A stretch of DNA of 64,000 nt. Origin: Syntrophaceae bacterium (lineage in GTDB: Bacteria > Desulfobacterota > Syntrophia > Syntrophales > PHBD01). The DNA is taken from NCBI GenBank assembly GCA_013177825.1, contig JABLXX010000004.1, positions 101,990 to 165,989 of the forward strand, given 5' to 3'. The position numbers and the translations under genes are program-made. Positions 8,158-17,856 of the stretch are shown one piece after another. The notes beneath the pieces are model-generated. The model saw only the letters and a list, made by a program, of their open reading frames with translations, did no database searches and had not been told where the DNA came from. The first letter of the stretch is position 1. The number at the start of each line of letters is the position of its first letter.

Positions 8158-9116
8158 GCGCCGCCCCCTCCCTTTTTCAGGGCGAAGCAGATCCATTCCT
8201 TTTCCGTCACGAGCCGCTGGACCGTGAGCCGGTCGGTGATGAAGTGCTCCTCGATGGTGCCCCGCTGCTGTTCCAGGATGCCCGACAGGATGAGCCAGCC
8301 ACCGTCTTCCAGGAGGGACGTCAGGTGGGAGCGCAGCTTGAGGAGGAGCTTGGCGGTCAGGTTGGCCACGATCAGGTTGAAGGAGTCCCGGATGGTGGAG
8401 ACGTCCCGGTTGACGACGGCCACCCGCTCGGAGACCTGGTTGATGGCTACGTTCTCCCGGGCGATCTCGACGGCCTTCCGGTCGACGTCGACGCAGAGGA
8501 CCTTCTCGGCGCCGATCTTGGCCGCGGTGATTCCCAGGATGCCCGTTCCCGTTCCCACGTCCAGGACGTGCCAGGTCATTTCGTGGCGGCCGTGCAGCAT
8601 CAGGTCCTCGATGGCCTCCAGGCACATGCGGGTGGACGGGTGCTGGCCCGTGCCGAAGGCCATGCCCGGATCGATGTCGATGACGATGTCCCGGCCCGAA
8701 GAGGCATAGCGCTCCCAGGTGGGCTTGACGACGATGCTGCGGCTCACCCGGAGGGGCTTGAAATACTTTTTCCACTCCTCCCCCCAGTCGGGGTTCTCGA
8801 TGATCTCCCGGTTCACGCGGACGGCAGGGAGTTCGGGAAACAGCTCCGTTAGGTTTTCCAGGTAGGCCGTCAGCGAGGCGATGCGGTTTTCCGACCGCAC
8901 GTCCAGCGGGAGAAAGGCATAGATGGTCTCTTCGGAAGAGAGGCTGGGGAAATCCTCGTTTTCATCCTGCGTCACGGGGGCTTCCTGATAGACTCCCTGG
9001 ACGCCAAGCTCGGTCATGAAGTTCGACAGGGCGTCCGACAGCTCCGGCGGGCTCTGGAGCGACACCTTCAGCCAGCGTTCGTGCTTTTTTTCCCCCTTGG
9101 ACGATTGTTCCGGCAT
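8154..9116 (-). CDS. prmA: ribosomal protein L11 methyltransferase
   Basis: ORF 8154..9173. ATG at 9116 is preceded by GGGAGAGG. Motifs IDPGMAFGTGQHPSTRMCLE and the SAM site VLDVGTGTGILGI. Confidence 0.85.
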   Translation of the reverse strand: MPEQSSKGEKKHERWLKVSLQSPPELSDALSNFMTELGVQGVYQEAPVTQDENEDFPSLSSEETIYAFLPLDVRSENRIASLTAYLENLTELFPELPAVRVNREIIENPDWGEEWKKYFKPLRVSRSIVVKPTWERYASSGRDIVIDIDPGMAFGTGQHPSTRMCLEAIEDLMLHGRHEMTWHVLDVGTGTGILGITAAKIGAEKVLCVDVDRKAVEIARENVAINQVSERVAVVNRDVSTIRDSFNLIVANLTAKLLLKLRSHLTSLLEDGGWLILSGILEQQRGTIEEHFITDRLTVQRLVTEKEWICFALKKGGGGA

Positions 9117-9274
9117 GGCCTCTCCCTTTCGTGAAGTGAGTCTCCTCATAACCTGTTTCCCATGACATTTCAAGCAGCTTGAATTTTCAAACCCGGCATG
9201 GTAGCGTCTCGACGCGGTTTTTCACCGTCCATGCCGGAGCCCTTCGGGCGCTCCGGCCCTCAGAGGGGTGTTTC

Positions 9275-9922
9275 ATGGCTTACTATCCCGTCAATCTGGA
9301 CATCGCCGGAAGAAGGTGCGTCGTTGTCGGGGGCGGCCAGGTGGCGGAGCGCAAGGTCGAGCGCCTGGTGGAATGCGGCGCCCGGGTCGCCGTCCTCTCC
9401 CGTCGGCTGACGGACCGGCTGGCGGAGATGGCCCGCGCCGGAACCGTGGAGCATATCGATTCCGAGTACGAACCGGAGAAGTTGGGGGAGGCCATGCTGG
9501 TCATCGGGGCGACGGACCGGGAAGACGTCAACGACGCCGTCAGCCGGGAATGCCGCCGCCGGGGCATCCTGGTGAACATCGTGGACGACCCGGAGCGATG
9601 CGACTTCATCCTGCCGTCGATCCTCCAGCGGGGCGACCTGATGGTGGCCGTTTCCACCGGCGGGAGGAGCCCCGCCCTGGCGAAGCGGATCCGGGAGGAC
9701 CTGGAGGAGTGCTTCGGACCGGAATACGCCGTCCTCCTGGAGATCATGGCGGAGCTCCGGCGGAAGGTGACCGCCCGGGGGCGGTCTGCCGACGAGAACA
9801 AGGTCCTTTTCGAATCCGTCGTCCATTCCGAGGTGCTGGACCGGATCCGGACCGGCGACTGGGAGGGTGTCCGGACCCTGGTCCGGGAACTGACGGGGGA
9901 AGAGATCGACGCGAGGCCCTGA
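9275..9922 (+). CDS. sirC: precorrin-2 dehydrogenase / sirohydrochlorin ferrochelatase (siroheme synthase N-terminal-domain type)
   Basis: In-frame part of ORF 9179..9922, ATG 9275. MAYYPVNLDIAGRRCVVVGGGQVAERKVERL is the Rossmann start typical of the CysG-N/Met8/SirC family. It sits at the head of the haem cluster. Confidence 0.75.
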   Translation: MAYYPVNLDIAGRRCVVVGGGQVAERKVERLVECGARVAVLSRRLTDRLAEMARAGTVEHIDSEYEPEKLGEAMLVIGATDREDVNDAVSRECRRRGILVNIVDDPERCDFILPSILQRGDLMVAVSTGGRSPALAKRIREDLEECFGPEYAVLLEIMAELRRKVTARGRSADENKVLFESVVHSEVLDRIRTGDWEGVRTLVRELTGEEIDARP

Positions 9923-9926
9923 ATTC

Positions 9927-10742
9927 ATGGATATCCTGGTCTTCAAGGCGGCGCTGGCCGCCTATCTTTTCAGCGCCCTGGGCTACATCGCCTCGCTCCT
10001 GGTGCGGCGCGTCCATGTCGCCCGGATCGCGACCTGGCTGCTCGGGGCGGCCTTCGTCATCCATGCGGGCGCCCTGGTCCTGCGGTTCATGGCCATCGGG
10101 CGCGCGCCGGTGGTGGGCCTGCACGACATGCACTCCCTGATCGCCTGGATCATGACGGGCGTGTACCTGGCCTTCCAGTTCAAGACGAAAACCAGGGTCC
10201 TGGGGGTCTTCGTGGCCCCGGTGGCCTTTCTCGTGATGGTCACCGCTTCTGCCGGCCTCGGCGGGACGGTCACGGCGTCACCCAAGCTGGAACATTCCCT
10301 GGTCACGATCCACGTGATCCTGTCGCTGGCGGGGGAGGCCCTCTTCGTCCTGGCCGCCCTGGCGGGCATGATGTACCTGATCCAGGACAAGCGGATCAAA
10401 GAGAAGAAGATCAGCCGCTTCAGCCGCTTCCTCCCGCCGCTGACGGATCTCGACCGGATCAACGAACTCTGCCTCCTGTGGGGATTTCCCCTGCTCACCC
10501 TCGGCGTCCTGACGGGGTCCATCTGGGCTCGCGTTGTCTGGGGCAGCGCCTGGCAGTGGGACGCGAAGATGATCTGGACGCTCCTGGCGTGGGTCATTTT
10601 TGCGCTCCTTCTCCACCAGCGCCTGGCCATTGGCTGGCGGGGCCGCAAGGCGGCCCTCTACTCCGTGGCGGCCCTCCTGGTCCTGCTTCTGACCTTTGTG
10701 ATGGAGAAGAGCTTCTTCACCACGGTCCATCGTTTCCTGTGA
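9927..10742 (+). CDS. cytochrome c assembly protein family membrane protein (CcsA/HemX-like) preceding hemA
   Basis: ORF 9927..10742. 271 aa polytopic membrane protein with a Trp-rich segment (WARVVWGSAWQWDAKMIW). It occupies the position hemX takes immediately before hemA in other bacteria. Confidence 0.7.
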   Translation: MDILVFKAALAAYLFSALGYIASLLVRRVHVARIATWLLGAAFVIHAGALVLRFMAIGRAPVVGLHDMHSLIAWIMTGVYLAFQFKTKTRVLGVFVAPVAFLVMVTASAGLGGTVTASPKLEHSLVTIHVILSLAGEALFVLAALAGMMYLIQDKRIKEKKISRFSRFLPPLTDLDRINELCLLWGFPLLTLGVLTGSIWARVVWGSAWQWDAKMIWTLLAWVIFALLLHQRLAIGWRGRKAALYSVAALLVLLLTFVMEKSFFTTVHRFL

Positions 10743-10746
10743 CGCC

Positions 10747-12015
10747 ATGAGCCTGATTCTCGTCGGCATGAACCACAAAACGGCCCCCCTGGAGATCCGG
10801 GAGCGCCTGAGCATCACCTGCGAGGACGGGAGCGATCCCCTGGCGGAGGTCCTGAATACGCCCGGTGTCGAGGAGGCCCTGTTCCTCTCCACCTGCAACC
10901 GGGTGGAGATCCTGGCCCGCGCCGGGAGCCGGGAGGCCGCCGAAGGGCTGTACGGATTCATCTTCCGCTGCGGGAACCTGGAACGCCAGGAGATGGACCG
11001 CTGCCTCTACACGCATTACGACCGGGAGGCGGTGCGCCACCTCTTCCGGGTGACCTCGAGCCTCGATTCCCTCGTCATGGGGGAGCCGCAGATCCTGGGG
11101 CAGGTGAAGGATGCCTACCGCCTGTCGGTGGAGCGGAAGGCCACGGGCGCCGTCCTGAACAAACTCCTGCACCACGCCTTCCGGACGGCCAAGCGGATCC
11201 GCACCGAGACGGGCATCGCCGCCAACGCCGTGTCGGTGAGCTTCGCGGCGGTGGAACTGGCGAAGAAGATCTTCGGGAGCCTCCGGGGAAAGACAATCCT
11301 CCTCATCGGAGCCGGCGAGATGTCGGAGCTGGCGGCGAGACACCTGATGGGCCAGGGGGCCCCGCGGATCCTTGTTGTCAACCGGACCCATGCGCGGGCC
11401 GTCGGCATGGCGGAGGAGTTCCGGGGCGAGGCGGTTCCCTTCGACGAGCTGGCCCGGGCGCTCCAGGAGGCGGACATCGTCATCAGCTCCACCGGCGCGG
11501 CCGGCTGGGTCGTCACGGCCCCGATGGTGGCGTCGGCCCTGCGGCGCCGGAAGAACCGGCTCCTGTTCCTCATCGACATCGCCGTCCCCCGGGACATCGA
11601 TCCCGCCGCGGGTGACATTGACAATGTCTACCTGTACAACATCGATCACCTACAGGAAGTGGTCGACGAGAACGTCCGGGGCCGCCTGGCGGAGGCGAGG
11701 AAGGCCGAGGACATTGTCGCCGAGGAACTGGACCGGTACGAGGGGTGGTACCAGACCCTGGAGGTCGTGCCGACGATCGTCTCCCTCCGGGACAAGGTGG
11801 ACGGCATCGTCCGGGGCGAGATGGAGCGGGTCTCCTCGTGGCTCGAAGGACTGAGCGACGCGGACCGGGAGCGGGTGCAGATCCTGGCTTCCTCGATTGT
11901 GAACAAGATTCTCCACGACCCCATCACGGGGCTCAAGGAGGAGAGCCAGGAAAACGGCGCCGCGGCCTACGCGGAGGCCCTGCGCCGCCTGTTCCGCCTG
12001 GACGGGGAGAAATGA
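10747..12015 (+). CDS. hemA: glutamyl-tRNA reductase
   Basis: ORF 10747..12015. MNHKTAPLEIRE, active-site context LSTCNRVE, NADPH site LIGAGEMSEL. Confidence 0.95.
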   Translation: MSLILVGMNHKTAPLEIRERLSITCEDGSDPLAEVLNTPGVEEALFLSTCNRVEILARAGSREAAEGLYGFIFRCGNLERQEMDRCLYTHYDREAVRHLFRVTSSLDSLVMGEPQILGQVKDAYRLSVERKATGAVLNKLLHHAFRTAKRIRTETGIAANAVSVSFAAVELAKKIFGSLRGKTILLIGAGEMSELAARHLMGQGAPRILVVNRTHARAVGMAEEFRGEAVPFDELARALQEADIVISSTGAAGWVVTAPMVASALRRRKNRLLFLIDIAVPRDIDPAAGDIDNVYLYNIDHLQEVVDENVRGRLAEARKAEDIVAEELDRYEGWYQTLEVVPTIVSLRDKVDGIVRGEMERVSSWLEGLSDADRERVQILASSIVNKILHDPITGLKEESQENGAAAYAEALRRLFRLDGEK

Positions 12016-12073
12016 AGGCAGGCATCGAAAACGGGAATCGGACGCGGTCCGCCCCGGGCGGACGGCAGATATA

Positions 12074-13018
12074 ATGGAGGATGTTCTGGAAACGAACGTT
12101 TTGAGAATCGGGACCCGGGGCAGCGCCCTGGCCCTGAAGCAGAGCGGCTGGGTGGCCGACCGGATCCGGGAGCGACATCCGGGCCTGACCGTGGAGTTGG
12201 TCGTCATCAAGACGAAGGGCGACATCATGCAGGACGTGGCCCTGGTCAAGATCGGCGGGAAGGGGGTCTTCGTCAAGGAGATCGAGGAGTCCCTGCTCCG
12301 GGGAGAGGTGGACCTGGCCGTCCACAGCATGAAGGACATGCCGGCGGAGCTGCCGGAGGGCCTCACGATCTCCGTGACGCCGAAGCGGGAAGACCCGCGG
12401 GACGTTCTGATTTCCAAGGGGAACGTCAAGTTCGAGCGCCTCCGCCGGGGAAGCCGCATCGGCACGGGATCGCTCCGCCGCCGGTGCCAGCTCGTCAGCA
12501 TCTACCCGGACCTGGAGATCGTTCCCCTCCGGGGGAACCTGGACACGCGGATCCGGAAGGTCGAGACGGAGGACCTGGACGGGATCATCGTCGCGGCGGC
12601 GGGGATCCGCCGGATGGGCTGGATGAGCCGGGTGACCCAGTTCCTGCCGGAGGAGGTCATCCTGCCGGCGGCGGGCCAGGGCGTTCTCGCCCTCGAGACC
12701 CGGCAGGGCGACGGGAAGACGGGCGAGGCCCTGGCCTTCCTGAACGACCCGGTCACGTGGGGCGAGGCGGGGGCCGAGCGGGCTTTTCTCCAGCGCCTCG
12801 GCGGCGGATGCCAGGTCCCCGTGGCGGCCCACGCGAAGCAGAAAGGCGGCGACATCGTCATCCAGGGACTCATCAGCAACCTGGACGGCCGGCTGGTTGT
12901 GCGGGACGAGGTACGCAAACCCTTCGGGGAGTTCGAGGCGGCGGGCACCCAGCTTGCCGATAACCTCCTCTCCCGGGGCGGCCGGGCGATCCTGGAGATG
13001 GTCTACCGCCAGTGCTGA
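12074..13018 (+). CDS. hemC: porphobilinogen deaminase (hydroxymethylbilane synthase)
   Basis: ORF 12074..13018. LRIGTRGSALALKQ, HSMKDMP, RGNLDTRIRK. Confidence 0.95.
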   Translation: MEDVLETNVLRIGTRGSALALKQSGWVADRIRERHPGLTVELVVIKTKGDIMQDVALVKIGGKGVFVKEIEESLLRGEVDLAVHSMKDMPAELPEGLTISVTPKREDPRDVLISKGNVKFERLRRGSRIGTGSLRRRCQLVSIYPDLEIVPLRGNLDTRIRKVETEDLDGIIVAAAGIRRMGWMSRVTQFLPEEVILPAAGQGVLALETRQGDGKTGEALAFLNDPVTWGEAGAERAFLQRLGGGCQVPVAAHAKQKGGDIVIQGLISNLDGRLVVRDEVRKPFGEFEAAGTQLADNLLSRGGRAILEMVYRQC

Positions 13019-13051
13019 GAGCCGCATAAAAAAAGAAAAGGAAGGTATCGG

Positions 13052-14569
13052 ATGGCGGAGAAGGGAATCGTCTACATCGTCGGCGCGGGGCCGGGGGACG
13101 CGGGGCTGATCACGCTAAAGGGCGTCCGGTGCATCGCCCGGGCCGACGTCATCGTCTACGACCACCTGGTCAACGAGGAGATCCTCGTCCATGCGAAGCC
13201 CGGCGCGAGGATGATCTACGCCGGAAAGGAGGGGGGCGACCACACCCTTGTCCAGGATGAGATCAACCGGATCCTCGTGGAGGAGGCCCTGCAGGGCCGC
13301 GTGGTGGCCCGGGTCAAGGGCGGTGATCCCTATATTTTCGGCCGCGGCGGGGAAGAGGCGCTGGTCGTGGCGGCGGCGGGGCTGCCCTTCGAGGTCGTCC
13401 CGGGGGTGTCCTCGGCGGTGGCCGTACCGGCCTACGCGGGCATCTCGCTGACCCAGCGGGGATACACGTCCACGCTGGCCTTCGTGACGGGCCACGAGGA
13501 CCCCACGAAGGGCCAGAGCGACATCGACTGGAAGGCCCTGGCGGGTATCGGGACATTGGTCTTCCTGATGGGCGTAAAAAATCTCCACCGGATCGTCGCG
13601 AGCCTCGTCGAGAACGGGAAAAGGCCGGAGACCCCGGCCGCCCTGATCCGCTGGGGGACGACGCCGGACCAGCGGACCCTGGCGGGAACCCTGGGAACCA
13701 TCGTCGAGCTGGCCCAGGAGCGGAAGTTCAAGCCGCCGGCGATTTTCGTCGTCGGCGAGGTGGTCTCCCTGCGGGAGAAGCTCTCGTGGTTCGAGAAGCG
13801 GCCCCTCTTCGGCCGGGGCGTCATCATCACCCGGCCGGAAGCCCAGGCGGAATCCTTCGCCGCCCTCCTGGAGGAGCGGGGCGCCCGGGTCGTTCATTTC
13901 CCCGTCATCCGCATCGCGGAGCCGGAGGATTGGTCGGGCCTGGACCGGGCTCTGGATAACCTGTCCGCCTACGCCTGGATCGTCTTCACCAGCGCCAACG
14001 GCGTCCGGCATTTTTTCGAGCGCCTCCGCGAACGGGGCGGCGACGTGCGGGACCTCCGGGGAATCCGGATCGCCACCATCGGCCCCGCCTCGGCGGCGGC
14101 CGTCGAGGGCCGGGGGATCCGCGTGGACATCGTCCCGGAAGAGTATATCTCGGAGGGCGTGGTGAAGGCGTTCGAAAGGGTGGACCTGAAGGGCGCCCGG
14201 GTCCTCCTGCCCCGGGCGGCGGAGGCCCGGGATGTGATCCCCGACGGGCTCACCGCCATGGGGTCGACGGTGGACGTCGTCACGGCCTACCGGACGGTCC
14301 GCTCGGAGAAGACCCGGGAAGAGCTGGAGGCGGTCTTCGCGGAGGACAAGGCCGACGTCGTCACCTTTACAAGCCCCTCTACGGTCAGGCACTTCCTGGA
14401 CATTTTGGGCGGAGTGGAGGCCCTGCCTCCCGGCCTCAAAATCGCCTGCATCGGCCCCATCACCGCCGCCGCGGCCCGGAAAGCCGGCTTGGCCATCCAC
14501 ATCCACCAGCAGGAGTACACGATCCCCGGCATGGTGGCAGCAATAGAATCTTTCTTCTCAAAGCATTAA
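13052..14569 (+). CDS. cobA/hemD: fused uroporphyrinogen-III C-methyltransferase / uroporphyrinogen-III synthase
   Basis: ORF 13052..14569, 505 aa. The N-terminal SUMT half has VYIVGAGPGDAGLITLKG and KGGDPYIFGRGGEE. The C-terminal ~250 aa is HemD-like (ITRPEAQAESFAALLEERGA...). Confidence 0.9.
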   Translation: MAEKGIVYIVGAGPGDAGLITLKGVRCIARADVIVYDHLVNEEILVHAKPGARMIYAGKEGGDHTLVQDEINRILVEEALQGRVVARVKGGDPYIFGRGGEEALVVAAAGLPFEVVPGVSSAVAVPAYAGISLTQRGYTSTLAFVTGHEDPTKGQSDIDWKALAGIGTLVFLMGVKNLHRIVASLVENGKRPETPAALIRWGTTPDQRTLAGTLGTIVELAQERKFKPPAIFVVGEVVSLREKLSWFEKRPLFGRGVIITRPEAQAESFAALLEERGARVVHFPVIRIAEPEDWSGLDRALDNLSAYAWIVFTSANGVRHFFERLRERGGDVRDLRGIRIATIGPASAAAVEGRGIRVDIVPEEYISEGVVKAFERVDLKGARVLLPRAAEARDVIPDGLTAMGSTVDVVTAYRTVRSEKTREELEAVFAEDKADVVTFTSPSTVRHFLDILGGVEALPPGLKIACIGPITAAAARKAGLAIHIHQQEYTIPGMVAAIESFFSKH

Positions 14570-14573
14570 AAGG

Positions 14574-14610
14574 AAAAGGTGCCAGACACCTTTTCCCATT
14601 TTTTCTTTTC
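14574..14610 (+). terminator. probable rho-independent terminator after cobA/hemD
   Basis: AAAAGGTG ccaga CACCTTTT (8-bp stem 14574-14581 / 14587-14594) followed by the T-rich CCCATTTTTTCTTTTC. Confidence 0.5.
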
Positions 14611-14693
14611 TACCGGGAACTTTTTCCTTCTTCCTCCTGTCCAATCCTCCAAAAGGCAGCACCAAAATCCCAGGATGGAAGAAGGAGGAAGTC

Positions 14694-15488
14694 ATGAAAA
14701 CTCTGTTTGCGATCTTTGCAGCGCTGTTGGTTCTGGCTGGGGGCCCCGCCTGGGCCTCCATCGGCGACTCGGTGGACGTGAGCATCGTTACCGACGACGG
14801 TCGCACCCTGCCCCTCCACATGCAGAAAAACCGGTATGGGCTGAAGAAGGTTTATGCCGAGGCCGTCCGGGGCGATCACTACCGGATCGTCGTCCACAAC
14901 CGGCTGGACCGGCGGGTCGGCGTCGTCGTCGCCGTCGACGGCCGGAACATCATCTCCGGACAGAAATCGTGGCTGAAGAACACGGAGCGGATGTACATCC
15001 TCGAGCCCTACGCCACCAACGAGTACAGCGGCTGGCGGACCGGACAGGACCGGGTGAACCGCTTCTTCTTCACCGACGTGGCCGATTCCTATGCGGCCGC
15101 CTTCGGCGACACCTCCGCCATGGGTGTAATCGCCGTTGCGGTTTATCCTGAAGTCCGGCGCTACGAGCCGCCGATGGACTTCTCCATGTCGGCGCCCATG
15201 GGCAAGGCCAAGGGCGATACGGCCCGCCGGCAGGCGGCTCCCTCTGTGCAGCGGGAAGAATCGAAGAGCGCAGGCACCGGGTACGGCCGCGAAGAGTACT
15301 CGCCCTCGCGGCAGGTGCGCTTCGACCCGGAGGCAAGGGCTGTCGAGACGATCCTGGTGAAGTACGAGTGGCGGGAGACCCTCTGCCGGAAACACGTCAT
15401 CTCCTGCGGCCACGGGTACCGGGAACACGGAAACCGCCTGTGGGACGGCTACGGCTTCGCCCCGCCCCCTCCGGGGCGCCACAGATAG
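14694..15488 (+). CDS. hypothetical exported protein embedded in the haem cluster
   Basis: ORF 14694..15488 with RBS GAAGGAGG. Signal peptide MKTLFAIFAALLVLAGGPAWA. No family motif recognised. Confidence 0.6.
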   Translation: MKTLFAIFAALLVLAGGPAWASIGDSVDVSIVTDDGRTLPLHMQKNRYGLKKVYAEAVRGDHYRIVVHNRLDRRVGVVVAVDGRNIISGQKSWLKNTERMYILEPYATNEYSGWRTGQDRVNRFFFTDVADSYAAAFGDTSAMGVIAVAVYPEVRRYEPPMDFSMSAPMGKAKGDTARRQAAPSVQREESKSAGTGYGREEYSPSRQVRFDPEARAVETILVKYEWRETLCRKHVISCGHGYREHGNRLWDGYGFAPPPPGRHR

Positions 15489-15525
15489 CAGGGCTCTGCC
15501 TATTCCTCCCGGGCGCCGGCTCGAA

Positions 15526-15563
15526 GACGGAGAAGGGGATTGCCGACAGTCCGTTTCTCCGTC
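15526..15563 (+). other. hairpin (9-bp perfect stem GACGGAGAA/TTCTCCGTC, 20-nt loop) downstream of the exported-protein gene
   Basis: Inverted repeat read at 15526-15534 and 15555-15563. There is no clear U-tract. Confidence 0.3.
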
Positions 15564-15673
15564 TCACTTTCCGGTTTCACTGATCGTGATTATCTCGGAT
15601 CGAAGTCCTCGGGGTTGATTTCCCGCCGGGGTTCCGGTAGGTAGATGTTTCCCTTTCGGGACGGGAAGGCGAT

Positions 15674-16855
15674 ATGATCGGAATTTCAAAACTCTACTGC
15701 GGCGCCGTGGAGGCCGCCGACGTCCTCCGCTACAACCGGGAGTCAAAGCGCCTGCCGTCGCACCTGCTCCAGTTCTCCGCCGACAAGCGGCCGGTGGTGG
15801 TCTGGAACATGACCCGGCGCTGCAACCTGAAGTGCATTCACTGCTATTCCAGCTCGCGCAACATCCCCTACCGGGACGAAATGACGACGGAGGAGGGGAA
15901 GGCCCTGATCGCCGACCTGGCGTCCTTCGGCTCCCCGGTGATCCTCTTCTCCGGCGGCGAGCCCCTGATCCGCAAGGATCTGCCGGAGTTGGCGCAGTTC
16001 GCCGTGGACCGGGGCATGCGGGCCGTCATCTCCACGAACGGCACCCTGCTCACGCCGGATCGCATCCGTGTTTTCCGGGAAATCGGCCTGTCCTACATCG
16101 GAGTGAGCCTGGACGGCCTGAAGGAGACCCACGACTTCTTCCGGGGAGTGCCGGGGACCTTCGAGCGGACGATCCGGGGCATCCGGGCCTGCCGCGATGC
16201 GGGAATCAAGGTGGGCGTCCGGTTCACTGTCAACCGCCACAACGTGAAGGACGTCCCCGCGATCTTCGACCTGCTCGAAGAGGAGAACATTCCCCGCTGC
16301 TGCTTCTATCACCTCGTCTATTCCGGCCGCGGCTCGGCCCTCGTGGAGGAGGATCTCTCCCACGACGAAACGCGGCGGCTTCTGGACCTGATCATGGACC
16401 GGACGCGGGACCTCTTCGAGAAGGGCCTCGAGAAGGAGATCCTCACGGTGGACAACCACGCCGACGGCCCTTACATCTACCTGCGCCTTCTCCGGGAAGA
16501 CCCGGCCCGGGCGGCGGAGGTCCTGGAACTCCTGAAAATGAACGAGGGAAACAGCTCCGGCAACGGCATCGGCTGCGTGAGTTGGGACGGCGCCGTCCAC
16601 GCGGACCAGTTCTGGCGAGGCGTCTCCTTCGGGAACGTCCGCGAGCGGCCCTTCAGCGCCATCTGGACGGACACGTCCAACGAGCTGATGGCGAAGCTCA
16701 AGGACAAGAAGCCCCACGTCAAGGGCCGCTGCGCAACCTGCCGATGGCTCGGCGTGTGCGGCGGGAATTTCCGGGCCCGGGCGGAGGCCGTCGCGGGCGA
16801 CATCTGGGCGCCCGATCCGGCGTGCTACCTGACGGACCGGGAAATCGCACAATAA
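15674..16855 (+). CDS. ahbD: radical SAM/SPASM haem synthase of the alternative haem pathway (AhbD/NirJ2-like)
   Basis: ORF 15674..16855. CNLKCIHCY radical-SAM motif and a C-terminal Cys-rich SPASM region ([18 protein letters not shown]...DPACY). The AhbD versus AhbC call rests on synteny (rSAM-hemB-rSAM as I recall for Desulfovibrio ahbD-hemB-ahbC). Confidence 0.65.
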   Translation: MIGISKLYCGAVEAADVLRYNRESKRLPSHLLQFSADKRPVVVWNMTRRCNLKCIHCYSSSRNIPYRDEMTTEEGKALIADLASFGSPVILFSGGEPLIRKDLPELAQFAVDRGMRAVISTNGTLLTPDRIRVFREIGLSYIGVSLDGLKETHDFFRGVPGTFERTIRGIRACRDAGIKVGVRFTVNRHNVKDVPAIFDLLEEENIPRCCFYHLVYSGRGSALVEEDLSHDETRRLLDLIMDRTRDLFEKGLEKEILTVDNHADGPYIYLRLLREDPARAAEVLELLKMNEGNSSGNGIGCVSWDGAVHADQFWRGVSFGNVRERPFSAIWTDTSNELMAKLKDKKPHVKGRCATCRWLGVCGGNFRARAEAVAGDIWAPDPACYLTDREIAQ

Positions 16856-16866
16856 AGGAGGCGACG

Positions 16867-17841
16867 ATGCAGTTCCCCCTGTACAGGCCGAGGAGGCTGA
16901 GAAAAAGCGAGAATCTCCGGCGCATGATCCGGGAGACGAGGCTTTCCGTGGACGATTTCGTGTATCCGCTCTTCGCCGTCCCGGGAAAGAGCGTCAAGAA
17001 GCCCATTCATTCCATGCCGGGAAACTTCCAGATGTCCGCGGAGTACCTTGTTCAGGAGGCGAAGGCGGCGAAAGATTTGGGAATCCCGGCGGTCCTCCTC
17101 TTCGGCATCCCCGATAAAAAGGACGAGCTGGCCACGGGGGCCTTCGCGAAGGATGGCGTCGTCCAGCGGGCTGTCCGCGAGATCAAGAGCCGCGTTCCCG
17201 ACCTCCTCGTCATTACGGACGTTTGTCTCTGCGAGTACACGAGCCACGGCCACTGCGGCATGCTGGAGAAAGGCGCCGTGGACAACGACTCGACGCTGGA
17301 GGTCCTGGCGGAGACGGCGGTGTCCCACGCCCGGGCCGGGGCGGACATGGTGGCACCCTCGGCCATGATGGACGGCCAGGTGGGGGCCATCCGGGAAGGG
17401 CTCGACGAGGCGGGCTTCGACGATCTTCCGATCATGGCCTATTCGGCCAAGTACGCCTCCTGCTTTTATGGGCCGTTCCGGGAGGCCGCGGAGAGTGCTC
17501 CGCAGTTCGGCGATCGGAAGGCCTACCAGATGGACCCCGCCAACGGGGACGAAGCCATCCGCGAGATCACCCTGGACGTGGAGGAGGGGGCCGACATCAT
17601 CATGGTCAAGCCCGCCCTGGCCTACCTGGACGTGATCCGCCGGGCCCGGGAGGAGTTCGACCTGCCCATCGCCGCCTACAACGTAAGCGGCGAGTTCGCC
17701 ATGGTCAAGGCCGCCGCCCAGATGGGCTGGCTCGACGGCGAGCGGGCCATGATGGAGTGCCTGACCTCGATCCGGCGGGCCGGGGCGGACATCATCATCA
17801 CTTATTTCGCCCCCGAGGCGGCGAAGGTCCTTGCCCGCTGA
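16867..17841 (+). CDS. hemB: porphobilinogen synthase (delta-aminolevulinate dehydratase)
   Basis: 3' part of ORF 15832..17841, ATG 16867 after [28 protein letters not shown], Cys-rich metal site [14 protein letters not shown], active-site Lys context [12 protein letters not shown]. Confidence 0.95.
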   Translation: MQFPLYRPRRLRKSENLRRMIRETRLSVDDFVYPLFAVPGKSVKKPIHSMPGNFQMSAEYLVQEAKAAKDLGIPAVLLFGIPDKKDELATGAFAKDGVVQRAVREIKSRVPDLLVITDVCLCEYTSHGHCGMLEKGAVDNDSTLEVLAETAVSHARAGADMVAPSAMMDGQVGAIREGLDEAGFDDLPIMAYSAKYASCFYGPFREAAESAPQFGDRKAYQMDPANGDEAIREITLDVEEGADIIMVKPALAYLDVIRRAREEFDLPIAAYNVSGEFAMVKAAAQMGWLDGERAMMECLTSIRRAGADIIITYFAPEAAKVLAR

Positions 17842-17856
17842 TTTTGCGGATAGCGA

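Noticed and set aside
7372-8775. Apparent long N-terminal extensions of real genes on the ORF track: rsmE 467 aa, Spy-like 408 aa, acyltransferase 401 aa, kdsB 564 aa, hldD 426 aa, hemB 669 aa, acyl ligase 628 aa, ACAD 620 aa, nfnA 349 aa.
   Set aside because: The extensions are Pro/Arg/Gly-rich and overlap the upstream gene in another frame. Internal starts with good Shine-Dalgarno sequences give proteins of canonical length and N-termini.
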